Assembly (NCBI GenBank): GCA_965219095.1
Contig: OZ244719.1
Coordinates: 224,001-288,000 of the forward strand
DNA length: 64,000 nt
Source: Bdellovibrionales bacterium
GTDB taxonomy: Bacteria > Bdellovibrionota > Bdellovibrionia > Bdellovibrionales > UBA1609
Direction: 5' to 3'
Positions 41,969-50,360 of this stretch are shown here, in pieces (positions within the stretch are counted from its first letter, which is position 1; the number at the start of each line of letters is the position of its first letter). The position numbers were made by a program, and so were the translations under genes. The notes under the pieces are model-generated. The model did no database searches, was not told where the DNA came from, and saw nothing but the letters and a program-made list of their open reading frames with translations.

Positions 41969-43379
41969 TACCATTTCCAAAAATTAATTCGACATTTTTT
42001 TAACGCATTGCGTCCTGGCTTTTTGATAAAACTCTGTTAAATTTTTAGAGTCATGTCGAAAAAAGATTTAGTTACACAGATTCAAGGGTATAATTTTCTA
42101 GCTACTTACAAAGTAGAAAGAAGTGCCAACATCAAGACAAAATTATTGGCTTTGCAGCATATGCAAGAAGGAAAATCGATTCAAGAAACAGCAGGTATGG
42201 TTTTGTATCACCGTCACAGTATCAAATCCTGGTTACAGTCTTTTTTTGTAGACTTTGATTACGAGGGATTGATAGATCGAGAAGGCAGAGGACGCAAGCC
42301 TCGTTTGCCAGTGACAGAAGAGGAGAGGTTCAAAATCAAGTTAGATGAAATTCAAGACAAAAGAGAGGGAGGAAGCATAGGAGCAAAGGAAATACAGAAA
42401 CTTTTAGCAGATGAATTTGACTGTTGCTATTCTCTTTCTGGGGTTTATGTTTCTTTAGACCGCCTTAATATTGTATGGATCAGTGGTCGTTCTCTTCATC
42501 CTAAAAGTTCATTAAGAAGCTATGGAACAGTTTAAGGAACATTTTCCAGAAGAGGTGGAGAAAATAAAGGAAAAGATTCAGACTAATAAAATAGAGATTT
42601 GGTGGCAGGATGAATGCAGAATAAGCTCAGCAAGGTTCTTTGAGTAGGATTTGGGCAAGAAAAGGCACACGGCCTAGAGTTGTGAGGCAAAGACAATTTT
42701 TATCCACTTATATTTTTGGAGCAGTTTGTCCGGATAGAGATAAAGGCTGTGCTTGGATTTTACCGGAATGTAATTCAGGGATGATGCAAATTCACTTAGA
42801 TGAGATATCTAAAAATATTCAAGAAAACTATCATGGAATTGTTTTAATGGACAGAGCCAGTTGGCATACCACAGAGACTTTGATAGTTCCTAAGAATTTA
42901 TCCCTGATGCCTTTACCTCCTTATAGTCCAGAATTAAATCCCATGGAACAAGTCTGGCAACAATTACGAAGGATCAAATTATCGAATGCATGTTTTAAAA
43001 ACTATGACCATATACTGAATACTTGTTGTGAGGCCTGGAATACTTTTTGCGATCAGGAGGGCAGGATTAAAAAATTATGCACTCGATCTTGGGCAAAACA
43101 ACAAGATGAATCAAGCTTGTAAATTAATTTGAACCTATAAATTAAATTGTGTAACTGATTTTTTTCATTTTAAATTTTACCCTCACTTTTTCACTTATTT
43201 TAACCCATCAATCGATTTACACAACAAATAGATATACCTGAAATAAACTTATCTTATGAAAACTTAAACTCACCTTAAAAGAAGTTTTTTTAAAACCTCC
43301 TAACTGAAACTTTTCCTTAAGTCAATTTTAAAATTTTAAATTTGAACATGAAAATGTCGAATTAATTTCTGTAATTGGT
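41969..43379 (+). mobile_element. IS630-family element B (orfA 42053..42535, orfB ~42640..43122, frameshifted)
   Basis: IRs TACCATTTCCAAAAATTAATTCGACATT / AATGTCGAATTAATTTCTGTAATTGGTA; WWQDE, MDRASWH, LPPYSPELNPMEQVW. Confidence 0.88.
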
Positions 43380-43381
43380 AT

Positions 43382-43576
43382 AAAGGCATCAGAGATAAAT
43401 TCTTAGGAACTATTACAATTTAAACCCTGATCAAAGAAATATCTATAAAAAATTAGGCCTGAAATCCATTTTAACCCCTAAAATCCTATAACGCACCGTT
43501 TAAAATGTAGTGATCACGGTTTTACGTAACCACTTGAAATCATTAGATTCTTGAAAAGAAAACGTTGAAGTCGGGA
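43382..43576 (+). mobile_element. 3' end of another IS1634-like element
   Basis: PDQRNIYKKLG-type C-terminal peptide; terminal TTGAAGTCGGG resembling 8675-8687. Confidence 0.5.
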
Positions 43577-43611
43577 CAGCACAGCCTGAGTCTTCTAAAG
43601 GGGAACAATAA

Positions 43612-44136
43612 TTGAAGAAAATAATTTTTTTAGGTATTTTAATAATATCACAACTTGCATATGCTTCAAGAGAGCCTTTGCCTAACTTCGAACTCAACTC
43701 TGCAGATGGGCTTTTTAGAATTCGTCCAACTAAAGATGGTTCGCATCTGGTGATTCATTTAAAAACCCCTTTTTATGAAGATAGTCTAGACAGACAACTA
43801 AGAAGACTTGGTTTTCCAATAGGGCAGTATGAAACGATTACGATTCGAATACCAACCACTAAGTTGAGGTATAGAGGTGATTATTTATTTTACTTTAATT
43901 CTGACCGCTTATTACCACATGAAAAAACACAGGTTGCACTTATGTTTCGTAGTGCTGAGAAAAGAGAAAATTATGTTTTAAGAGAAGAGATTGCTGATTT
44001 TTACTTGTGGACCTCTGAGGTCACTATAACAGACGCACGTTATGATGGTTTGGTAAAGAGTCAACTTAGAGTGTTCTTTCAAATTCGGTTTGAGGGTGAA
44101 GAAAATATTGGGGTTAATGTAGAAGAAAGATTTTAG
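43612..44136 (+). CDS. Secreted hypothetical protein (cargo inside the IS shell)
   Basis: GGGGA RBS, TTG start, MKKIIFLG...AYA signal peptide, intact 174-aa ORF. Confidence 0.72.
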   Translation: MKKIIFLGILIISQLAYASREPLPNFELNSADGLFRIRPTKDGSHLVIHLKTPFYEDSLDRQLRRLGFPIGQYETITIRIPTTKLRYRGDYLFYFNSDRLLPHEKTQVALMFRSAEKRENYVLREEIADFYLWTSEVTITDARYDGLVKSQLRVFFQIRFEGEENIGVNVEERF

Positions 44137-44290
44137 TGGTTAGCAGAACCCACCCATAAGATCTTTTAGAGTCTAACAGGGAGCATCCGGTGGGATGTTT
44201 CCTGTGTTGTGAAGATAGCAGTCTAGCTAGGCTGGAAAGTAACTGTAACTATCACACATTAAGTGCAAGAAGTTAAAAGCATCTTTAGTT
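44134..44290 (+). ncRNA. Putative IS110-family non-coding end (bridge/seek-RNA-like), orphaned
   Basis: Structured, relatively GC-rich segment with hairpins ACAGGGAGCATCC/GGATGTTTCCTGT and CAGTCTAGCTAGGCTG; motif order GAACCC...TGTTGT...GCTAG...ATCACACATT..GTGCA recalled from IS110 ends; cut by an IS481 end. Confidence 0.4.
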
Positions 44291-44961
44291 GTAATAGACG
44301 TTATATGATCTGACAGTTACCCTTTAGCCAGTAAATTTTTTTCATAACTTCACCTTAGAAGAACTGTAAAAGAATTAACTGGTCAGAACACTAGTGGAGC
44401 TCGGCGTGGAGAAAGTAGCCAGACGACTAAGAAGCATTGGTTTTCCAATAGGGCGTGCGAATACCAACCACTGTGGGAAAATCTAGAGGTGGATCCACAA
44501 CAAAAATACACATGGCCTCTGATGCACATGGAAATCCGCTCTGTTTTAAAATCACTGAGAGTGAAGTGCACGACAGTCAAGTTGCAGGTGATTTAATTGA
44601 TGAGTTTCATAGTGAGTATTTGATTGCTGACAAGGCCTATGACTCGGATGAGATACGAGATAAGGCTCGTAGTAAGAAGGTAAAGCCTGTGATACCGAGA
44701 CGAAAAAATAGCAAAAAGAAAAATAAAGATTTTGATCGTCATATCTATAAATCTCGACATCAGATAGAAAACCTTTTTGCTCGTCTTAAGCATTTTAGAG
44801 GTATTGCCACTCGATTTGAAAAGCTTGCTAGAAATTTCAAAGCTATGCTATCTATAGCATGTATGTTTATTTGGCTTAAACTTCAAAGTAAAGGTCCAGT
44901 CAAATGAGGACACGCCTTAGTATGAGTTGTAAAATAAGGGACTAATTTACAGGCTTACCCC

Positions 44962-46086
44962 CTAAGCTTCAAGTTTTCTCAAAAAATCTTCAAAAGACTC
45001 AATAAGAACCCCTTTGAAAAATAAATTCCTGTTTAAAGAATAAACAATTTGTTTTGATGTGATTTTATGCTGTTGTGCCATATCGATAAGTATCTTTGAA
45101 ATCTGTGTATCACTTGTTTTTACTTTAAGGCAAAGATTTAATGTTCCATTTTCTGAGAGACAGAAGTCAATTTCCTTTTTATCTTTGGTGCGAATATAAT
45201 GAAGGCTTATAGGTCGTCCTGTTTTTTCCCTCACAAACTGACAGTGCTTTAAAAGGTGAATGGCTATGAGGTTTTCAAGACATGCCCTCTTAGATGACTC
45301 AACAAAGTGCGAGTTATAGAAATAAACTTTTGGTGCTTTAAGAAGACTTCTGGGTATGTTTTGAGAAAAAGGAGTGATTCGAAAAATAAGATAAAGTTCT
45401 TCAAGAATGAAAAGGTATTTTGCCACAGTACCGTGTGCAAGTTGAAGTTTTTTTGAAATGTTTTGTAAAGAGAGAGGGGAGCCTATGTTATTTTGAAGAA
45501 TATCAATAAGAAGATTTATTTTGTTATGATTGTAGATGGTATGGATGTCTAAAAGATCTCCTCTTAATAGTGAATGAAGGTACTGGTTTTTCCATCTTTG
45601 AGATTCTTGTTTAGATTTTGCAAGCAGAGGTTCTGGAAAACCTCCCCGACTCAAAAGATCAGAAAGGCCTTTTTTGGATTTTGCTTTTCTAAGCTCTAAA
45701 ACAGAAAATGGCAGGAGTGTATGTGAAAAATATCTTCCCACTAAGGAGTCTCCCCCTTTAAAGAGGGTGTTAAGTCTAGCACTTCCTGTGACAAGAATGT
45801 GAAGATTTTTTTTTCGTGTATCAAAAATACCTTTCAAGTGATCTTTCCATTCATTCATTTTATGAATTTCATCAAAAACGAGTAAATCAGTTTCAGGATG
45901 CCAAAGTTGTTCTTCTATCACATGCCTGTCTTTCTTTTGGTCATAATTAAGGTAGAGAGGCTGTTTGTAGGATTTCATGATTTGTTTTGAAAGAATAGTT
46001 TTTCCTACCTGCCTAGGTCCCATAAGAAAGACCATTTTTTTTTTGAGATCTTTTAAAATGAACTCTTTTTGAAATCTCTTGATCAT
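44962..46086 (-). CDS. AAA+ ATPase (AAA_14) with DUF4143 domain
   Basis: GPRQVGKT, FDEIHK, TGSARL, GGFPEP, PKVYF, KEIDF. Confidence 0.9.
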   Translation of the reverse strand: MIKRFQKEFILKDLKKKMVFLMGPRQVGKTILSKQIMKSYKQPLYLNYDQKKDRHVIEEQLWHPETDLLVFDEIHKMNEWKDHLKGIFDTRKKNLHILVTGSARLNTLFKGGDSLVGRYFSHTLLPFSVLELRKAKSKKGLSDLLSRGGFPEPLLAKSKQESQRWKNQYLHSLLRGDLLDIHTIYNHNKINLLIDILQNNIGSPLSLQNISKKLQLAHGTVAKYLFILEELYLIFRITPFSQNIPRSLLKAPKVYFYNSHFVESSKRACLENLIAIHLLKHCQFVREKTGRPISLHYIRTKDKKEIDFCLSENGTLNLCLKVKTSDTQISKILIDMAQQHKITSKQIVYSLNRNLFFKGVLIESFEDFLRKLEA

Positions 46087-46291
46087 ACGTCCATTTTACT
46101 ATAATATGGAAAATAGTCAGGATTTTTTTATATTTTGATGGAAAATAGTCGTATTTGTTGTTGAAATCAGTGAAATAAATGTTCAACAAAGCCCACTTTC
46201 AGTATATTCAAAACGTCTAAAAGTTTAAAAAGATACAATCAAATGAGGATATACTCTAGACTTTTTTCATATTTTACGCTAAACATCGGCT

Positions 46292-47242
46292 ATGGAAAAC
46301 TTTCAAATCTTCTCAGGAAATTCTAATCCTGCTTTCTCTCAAGCGGTGGCTAAGGCCTTAGAAATTCCTTTGGGAAAATGTCAACTCAGTCGTTTTGCTG
46401 ATGGCGAAGTACAGGTGGAGATCGATGAGAGCGTAAGAGGACATCACGTATTTGTTATTCAAAGCTGTTGTCATCCTGTAAATGAAAGTTATATGGAGCT
46501 TTTTATTTTACTTGACGCTTTAAAAAGAGCTTCAGCTGAGACCATCACAGCCATCATTCCTTACTATGGTTACGCAAGACAAGATCGCAAAGTTGCTCCT
46601 AGGGCTCCTATTTCAGCCAAGCGCATTGCTAATCTTCTTGAAAGCTGTGGTGTGGATCGGATTGTGACTGTAGAGCTTCATTCAGGTCAAATACAAGGTT
46701 TTTTTGATTGCCCCGTGGATCATCTTTTTTCAATACCCTCTATAGCTCGCTACTGGGAGGAAAATCTCAAAGAAGATAAAGAGAATTTTGTGATTGTCAG
46801 CCCTGATCCAGGAGGAGTGCAAAGGGTCCAAATCTTAGCCAAAGCCATGAAAACGCCCCTTGCTATTATTGACAAAAGGCGCTCAGGTCCTAATCGAGCT
46901 AAAGCCTTTCATTTGATTGGAAATGTAAAAGGCAAAACAGCTGTAATTTTTGATGACATTATTGATACAGCTGGTACGACTATAGAGGCCTCCCAAGTTC
47001 TCCTCAAAAATGGAGCAAAAGATGTGATCGCTATTGCCACTCATGGGGTCTTTTCTCCTCCTGCATCTGAAAGGCTTAAACAAAGCTCTCTATCTCAAAT
47101 TTGGGTCACAGATACCATTCCCTTAAGACAGGAGTTAAAAAACTATGATAAGTTAAAAGTGATATCTGTTGCTCCTGTAGTTGCAGAAGCGATCAAAAGA
47201 ATTTACAATCATCAATCAGTGACTTCACTGTTTCATATATAG
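46292..47242 (+). CDS. prs: Ribose-phosphate pyrophosphokinase
   Basis: FADGE, PYYGYARQDRK, SPDPGG, DDIIDTAGT. Confidence 0.97.
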   Translation: MENFQIFSGNSNPAFSQAVAKALEIPLGKCQLSRFADGEVQVEIDESVRGHHVFVIQSCCHPVNESYMELFILLDALKRASAETITAIIPYYGYARQDRKVAPRAPISAKRIANLLESCGVDRIVTVELHSGQIQGFFDCPVDHLFSIPSIARYWEENLKEDKENFVIVSPDPGGVQRVQILAKAMKTPLAIIDKRRSGPNRAKAFHLIGNVKGKTAVIFDDIIDTAGTTIEASQVLLKNGAKDVIAIATHGVFSPPASERLKQSSLSQIWVTDTIPLRQELKNYDKLKVISVAPVVAEAIKRIYNHQSVTSLFHI

Positions 47243-47277
47243 ATTCATGTTAGGAAGAAAAATAAAGGAGTTATAAA

Positions 47278-47976
47278 ATGGAAAAACAATTTATCAAACT
47301 AAATATAAAAAGTCGTTTGCAAGGAAAGTCAATAGCAAGGAAGTTAAGAAGACAAAAACTCATTCCTGCTATTGTCTATGGCCCTAAAACCAAAAACCAT
47401 TTGTTTTTTCTAAATCACAATGATGCTGTTAAGTACACAAGTCATAAATACGATAATGTTATCTTTAAACTTGATTCTGATGATAAGCATTTAAAAAATA
47501 TTCATGCTCTGATCAAAAGTGTGGATCGAGATGCTATTAAAAACACGGCAATTCATATTGATTTCTACGCTCTTAATATGTCAGAGAGAATTCGAGTGAA
47601 TGTGGAAATTAAGTTTGAAGGGAAACCTATAGGACTTCAATCAAACGGTATTGTGAGTGTTGTAAAAAGAAATGTAGAACTAGAGTGTCTTCCTACAGAT
47701 ATACCTGAGTTCATTACAGCAGACATCTCAGAGTTGAACATCCATCAGTCCCTCAAAGTTTCCGATATCAAGATACCTGATAATATGAAACTTATCACTT
47801 CAGAAACAGAAACTCTTGTGACCATTAGTCTTATAGAGGAAGAACCTGAAACTCCTGTCGAAGCTACTGCAGAAAAAGAACCAGAAAGTTCTGAACCACA
47901 AGAGACGAAAGATGGGGAAAAACCTCCTTCTGATACCCTAACCAAAGAAGGGTCTAAAGATAAGGAAAAACCCTAA
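47278..47976 (+). CDS. rplY: 50S ribosomal protein L25/Ctc
   Basis: RKLRR...IPAIVYG, HIDFY, acidic tail; prs-rplY-pth synteny. Confidence 0.93.
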   Translation: MEKQFIKLNIKSRLQGKSIARKLRRQKLIPAIVYGPKTKNHLFFLNHNDAVKYTSHKYDNVIFKLDSDDKHLKNIHALIKSVDRDAIKNTAIHIDFYALNMSERIRVNVEIKFEGKPIGLQSNGIVSVVKRNVELECLPTDIPEFITADISELNIHQSLKVSDIKIPDNMKLITSETETLVTISLIEEEPETPVEATAEKEPESSEPQETKDGEKPPSDTLTKEGSKDKEKP

Positions 47977-47979
47977 AAT

Positions 47980-48549
47980 ATGGTGTTTTTTGGCCTAGGA
48001 AATCCAGGCCCTAAGTACAAGAATACGAGACATAACATTGGCTTTATGATTATAGATTTTATAGCTTCTAAAGAAGGTGTGTGTTTTAAGAAAGAAAACT
48101 TATGTCTTGTAAGTTCTTTTTCCTACAAAGGACAAAGGATTATTCTTGCTAAACCTCAAACTTATATGAATCTCTCAGGTGATGGAGTCAGACAAGTTCT
48201 TAATTTCTATAAACTCTCTCTCTCTGATATACTTGTCATTCATGATGATTTAGATTTAGAGTTCTTAAATTTAAAGTTTCAAAAAAATAGAGGCTCAGGA
48301 GGACATAAGGGGATCTCTCACATCCATAAAGTTTTAAACACATCTAGTTACATGAGGTTAAAGTTAGGCATTGGAAAGGATAAAGAAAATTCTCAGAAAA
48401 CTTCTGATTTTGTTTTAGATAAGTTCTCTCAAACACAAGATCTTGTCTTAAAAAAATTCATTGAAAAAAGCACAGAAGGCCTTTATTTTCTGTTAGATCA
48501 TAACTTTCATAAAACAGCTTCCTTGTTTAATGGAGTTTTGAAAATTTGA
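47980..48549 (+). CDS. pth: Peptidyl-tRNA hydrolase
   Basis: GLGNPG..Y..TRHNIGF, KPQTYMNLSG, HDDLD, GGHKG. Confidence 0.96.
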   Translation: MVFFGLGNPGPKYKNTRHNIGFMIIDFIASKEGVCFKKENLCLVSSFSYKGQRIILAKPQTYMNLSGDGVRQVLNFYKLSLSDILVIHDDLDLEFLNLKFQKNRGSGGHKGISHIHKVLNTSSYMRLKLGIGKDKENSQKTSDFVLDKFSQTQDLVLKKFIEKSTEGLYFLLDHNFHKTASLFNGVLKI

Positions 48550-48573
48550 GTAATGATATAAGGAGTTAAAAGA

Positions 48574-49665
48574 ATGGGTTTAAAATGTGGAATTGTAGGC
48601 TTACCTAATGTAGGAAAGAGTACACTTTTTAACACCCTTACTTGCTCAAAAAAAGCTAGTGCCTCCAACTATCCTTTTTGCACTATTGAACCTAATATAG
48701 GGGTTGTTACAGTACCTGATTCAAGATTAGAAAAGATCTCAGAGATCATAAGACCTGAGAAAACAATTTCTGCTTTTATGGAGTTTGTAGATATTGCAGG
48801 TCTTGTAAAGGGAGCCAATCAGGGGGAAGGTTTAGGAAATCAATTTCTCTCCCATATCCGAGAGACCCAAGCTCTGCTTCATATAGTAAGATGTTTTGAA
48901 GATTCTCAAATTACTCACATTTATGATACAATCGATCCTTTAAGAGATATTGAAGTAATCACTACAGAGCTTTTACTGGCAGATTTAGAAAGTTTAGAAA
49001 GACAACTTGCTAAAAAAATAAAAATAGCTCAAGCCACAAAAGATAAGGACTTACAAAAAGAAGTTTCTATTCTAGAAACTCTTTTAAAACATTTAAACAA
49101 GGGGAAAAGTCCTAAGATTCTAGAGTTTCATTCAAAAGAGAAGGAATTTTTAAAAAAGCTCAATTTACTATCTTTAAAGCCTGTCGTATATGTATGCAAT
49201 ACTTCAGAGACCCATTCATCAAAGTTTGTAAAACAAGTTAAAGAATTTTCTCAAAAAGAGAAAAGTTCCTGCTTAACCGTTTCCACTCTTTTTGAGAGTG
49301 AGCTGAATCAAATACCGGAACAGGAAGCTCAAGAGTTTTTAGAGAGTATGGGCTTAAAGGAACCTAGTCTTCATCGCCTCATTCGTCACTCTTATAAACT
49401 TTTAGGTTTAAACACTTTTTTCACAGCCGGAAAAAAAGAAGTCAGAGCCTGGACCTTTAAAAAAGGTATGAAAGCTCCTCAAGTAGCTGGACTCATCCAC
49501 TCTGATTTTGAAAGGGGTTTCATCAAAGCTGAAGTTTATCATTCAGATGATCTTTTTAAACTGAAGTCAGAGGCTAAAATTCGTGCTACAGGAAAATACT
49601 TTGTACAAGGAAAGGATTATGAAGTAAAAGATGGTGATGTGATTTTTTTTAAATTCAATGTTTGA
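48574..49665 (+). CDS. ychF: Redox-regulated ATPase YchF
   Basis: GIVGLPNVGKSTLFN, NYPFCTIEPN, DIAGLV, IHSDFERGFI. Confidence 0.97.
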   Translation: MGLKCGIVGLPNVGKSTLFNTLTCSKKASASNYPFCTIEPNIGVVTVPDSRLEKISEIIRPEKTISAFMEFVDIAGLVKGANQGEGLGNQFLSHIRETQALLHIVRCFEDSQITHIYDTIDPLRDIEVITTELLLADLESLERQLAKKIKIAQATKDKDLQKEVSILETLLKHLNKGKSPKILEFHSKEKEFLKKLNLLSLKPVVYVCNTSETHSSKFVKQVKEFSQKEKSSCLTVSTLFESELNQIPEQEAQEFLESMGLKEPSLHRLIRHSYKLLGLNTFFTAGKKEVRAWTFKKGMKAPQVAGLIHSDFERGFIKAEVYHSDDLFKLKSEAKIRATGKYFVQGKDYEVKDGDVIFFKFNV

Positions 49666-49678
49666 AAGAAGTTAAATG

Positions 49679-49748
49679 GTAAGTCGGTTTCTTAACAGCC
49701 CTTGACTCCTACAAGGAGAAGTCAAGGGCTATTAAGAAACCGACTTAC
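49679..49748. mobile_element. 70-bp IS66-B ends-only palindromic mini-element with 8-bp TSD
   Basis: GTAAGTCGG...CCGACTTAC; GTTAAATG at 49671-49678 and 49749-49756; end resembles 2867. Confidence 0.85.
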
Positions 49749-49764
49749 GTTAAATGTAATAAAG

Positions 49765-50026
49765 TGTGATAGACGTTATATGATCTGACAGTTACCCTTT
49801 CTGGGTTGATAAAAAACTGTCCACTTTTTTGGGGGAAGATCACATGTCTTTTAGCCTCATCTTTTTTCCTTTCTGTTTTGCAAGGTTTTTTATCTGTTTT
49901 TCCATTTCCTTGCAATTATTTTTATGCAAAAATTACAAAAAAACAAGTGTTTTTAGCTGTTTGTGCATTTTTCACATTCAACTATTTACCGTTATTACAG
50001 CTAAAAACCTAAATGGAAGCACCATA
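49765..50026. mobile_element. Mosaic of IS termini (IS481 right, IS3 right, IS5 left, IS630-A)
   Basis: Blocks match 5771, 3797, 9659 and 32961; IS481/IS3 joined at shared AAAAACTGTC. Confidence 0.82.
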
Positions 50027-50186
50027 TACATTTCTTTTAAGTTTTTTAGAAAAGTGGTAAAGAGCTAGGCCTTTTAACACAGGATGTAAGGAAGTACTAG
50101 GCTTTTAAAAATTTTTTGTTGAGTAAAAGTTGGAAATTTATTATGATTATAATTAAGTCAGATTTCCCTTTGGGAATATCCTTTGA

Positions 50187-50263
<77 letters not shown>

Positions 50264-50360
50264 TCTCTCACAAAAGAAACTCTCATGCGAAATTAAATCT
50301 GTATAGGGTGGTTCAAAAACTTAAGTTACGGATATCTCCAAATAAATTGTAAAGGACATG

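Larger units (their letters stand above)
41833..44390. mobile_element. Composite unit bounded by TGTTCTGACCAGT IRs, with CTAG on both flanks
   Basis: IRs at 41833 and 44378-44390; CTAG at 41829-41832 and 44391-44394; the same end follows CTAG at 31176. Confidence 0.75.
41429..44916 (+). mobile_element. IS5-family (IS427-group-like) element, degenerate, split by a 2.56-kb insertion
   Basis: IRs GGTATGTCCTCATTT / AAATGAGGACACGCC, TTAG on both flanks; IDGSYV..HQH continues as SGARRGE after 44391; ADKAYDS, RHQIENLFARLKHFRGIATRFEK. Confidence 0.88.

Noticed and set aside
43791..44472. DGR template/variable repeat pair
   Set aside because: Differences are not adenine-restricted, the pair is short and gapped, and no reverse transcriptase is visible.
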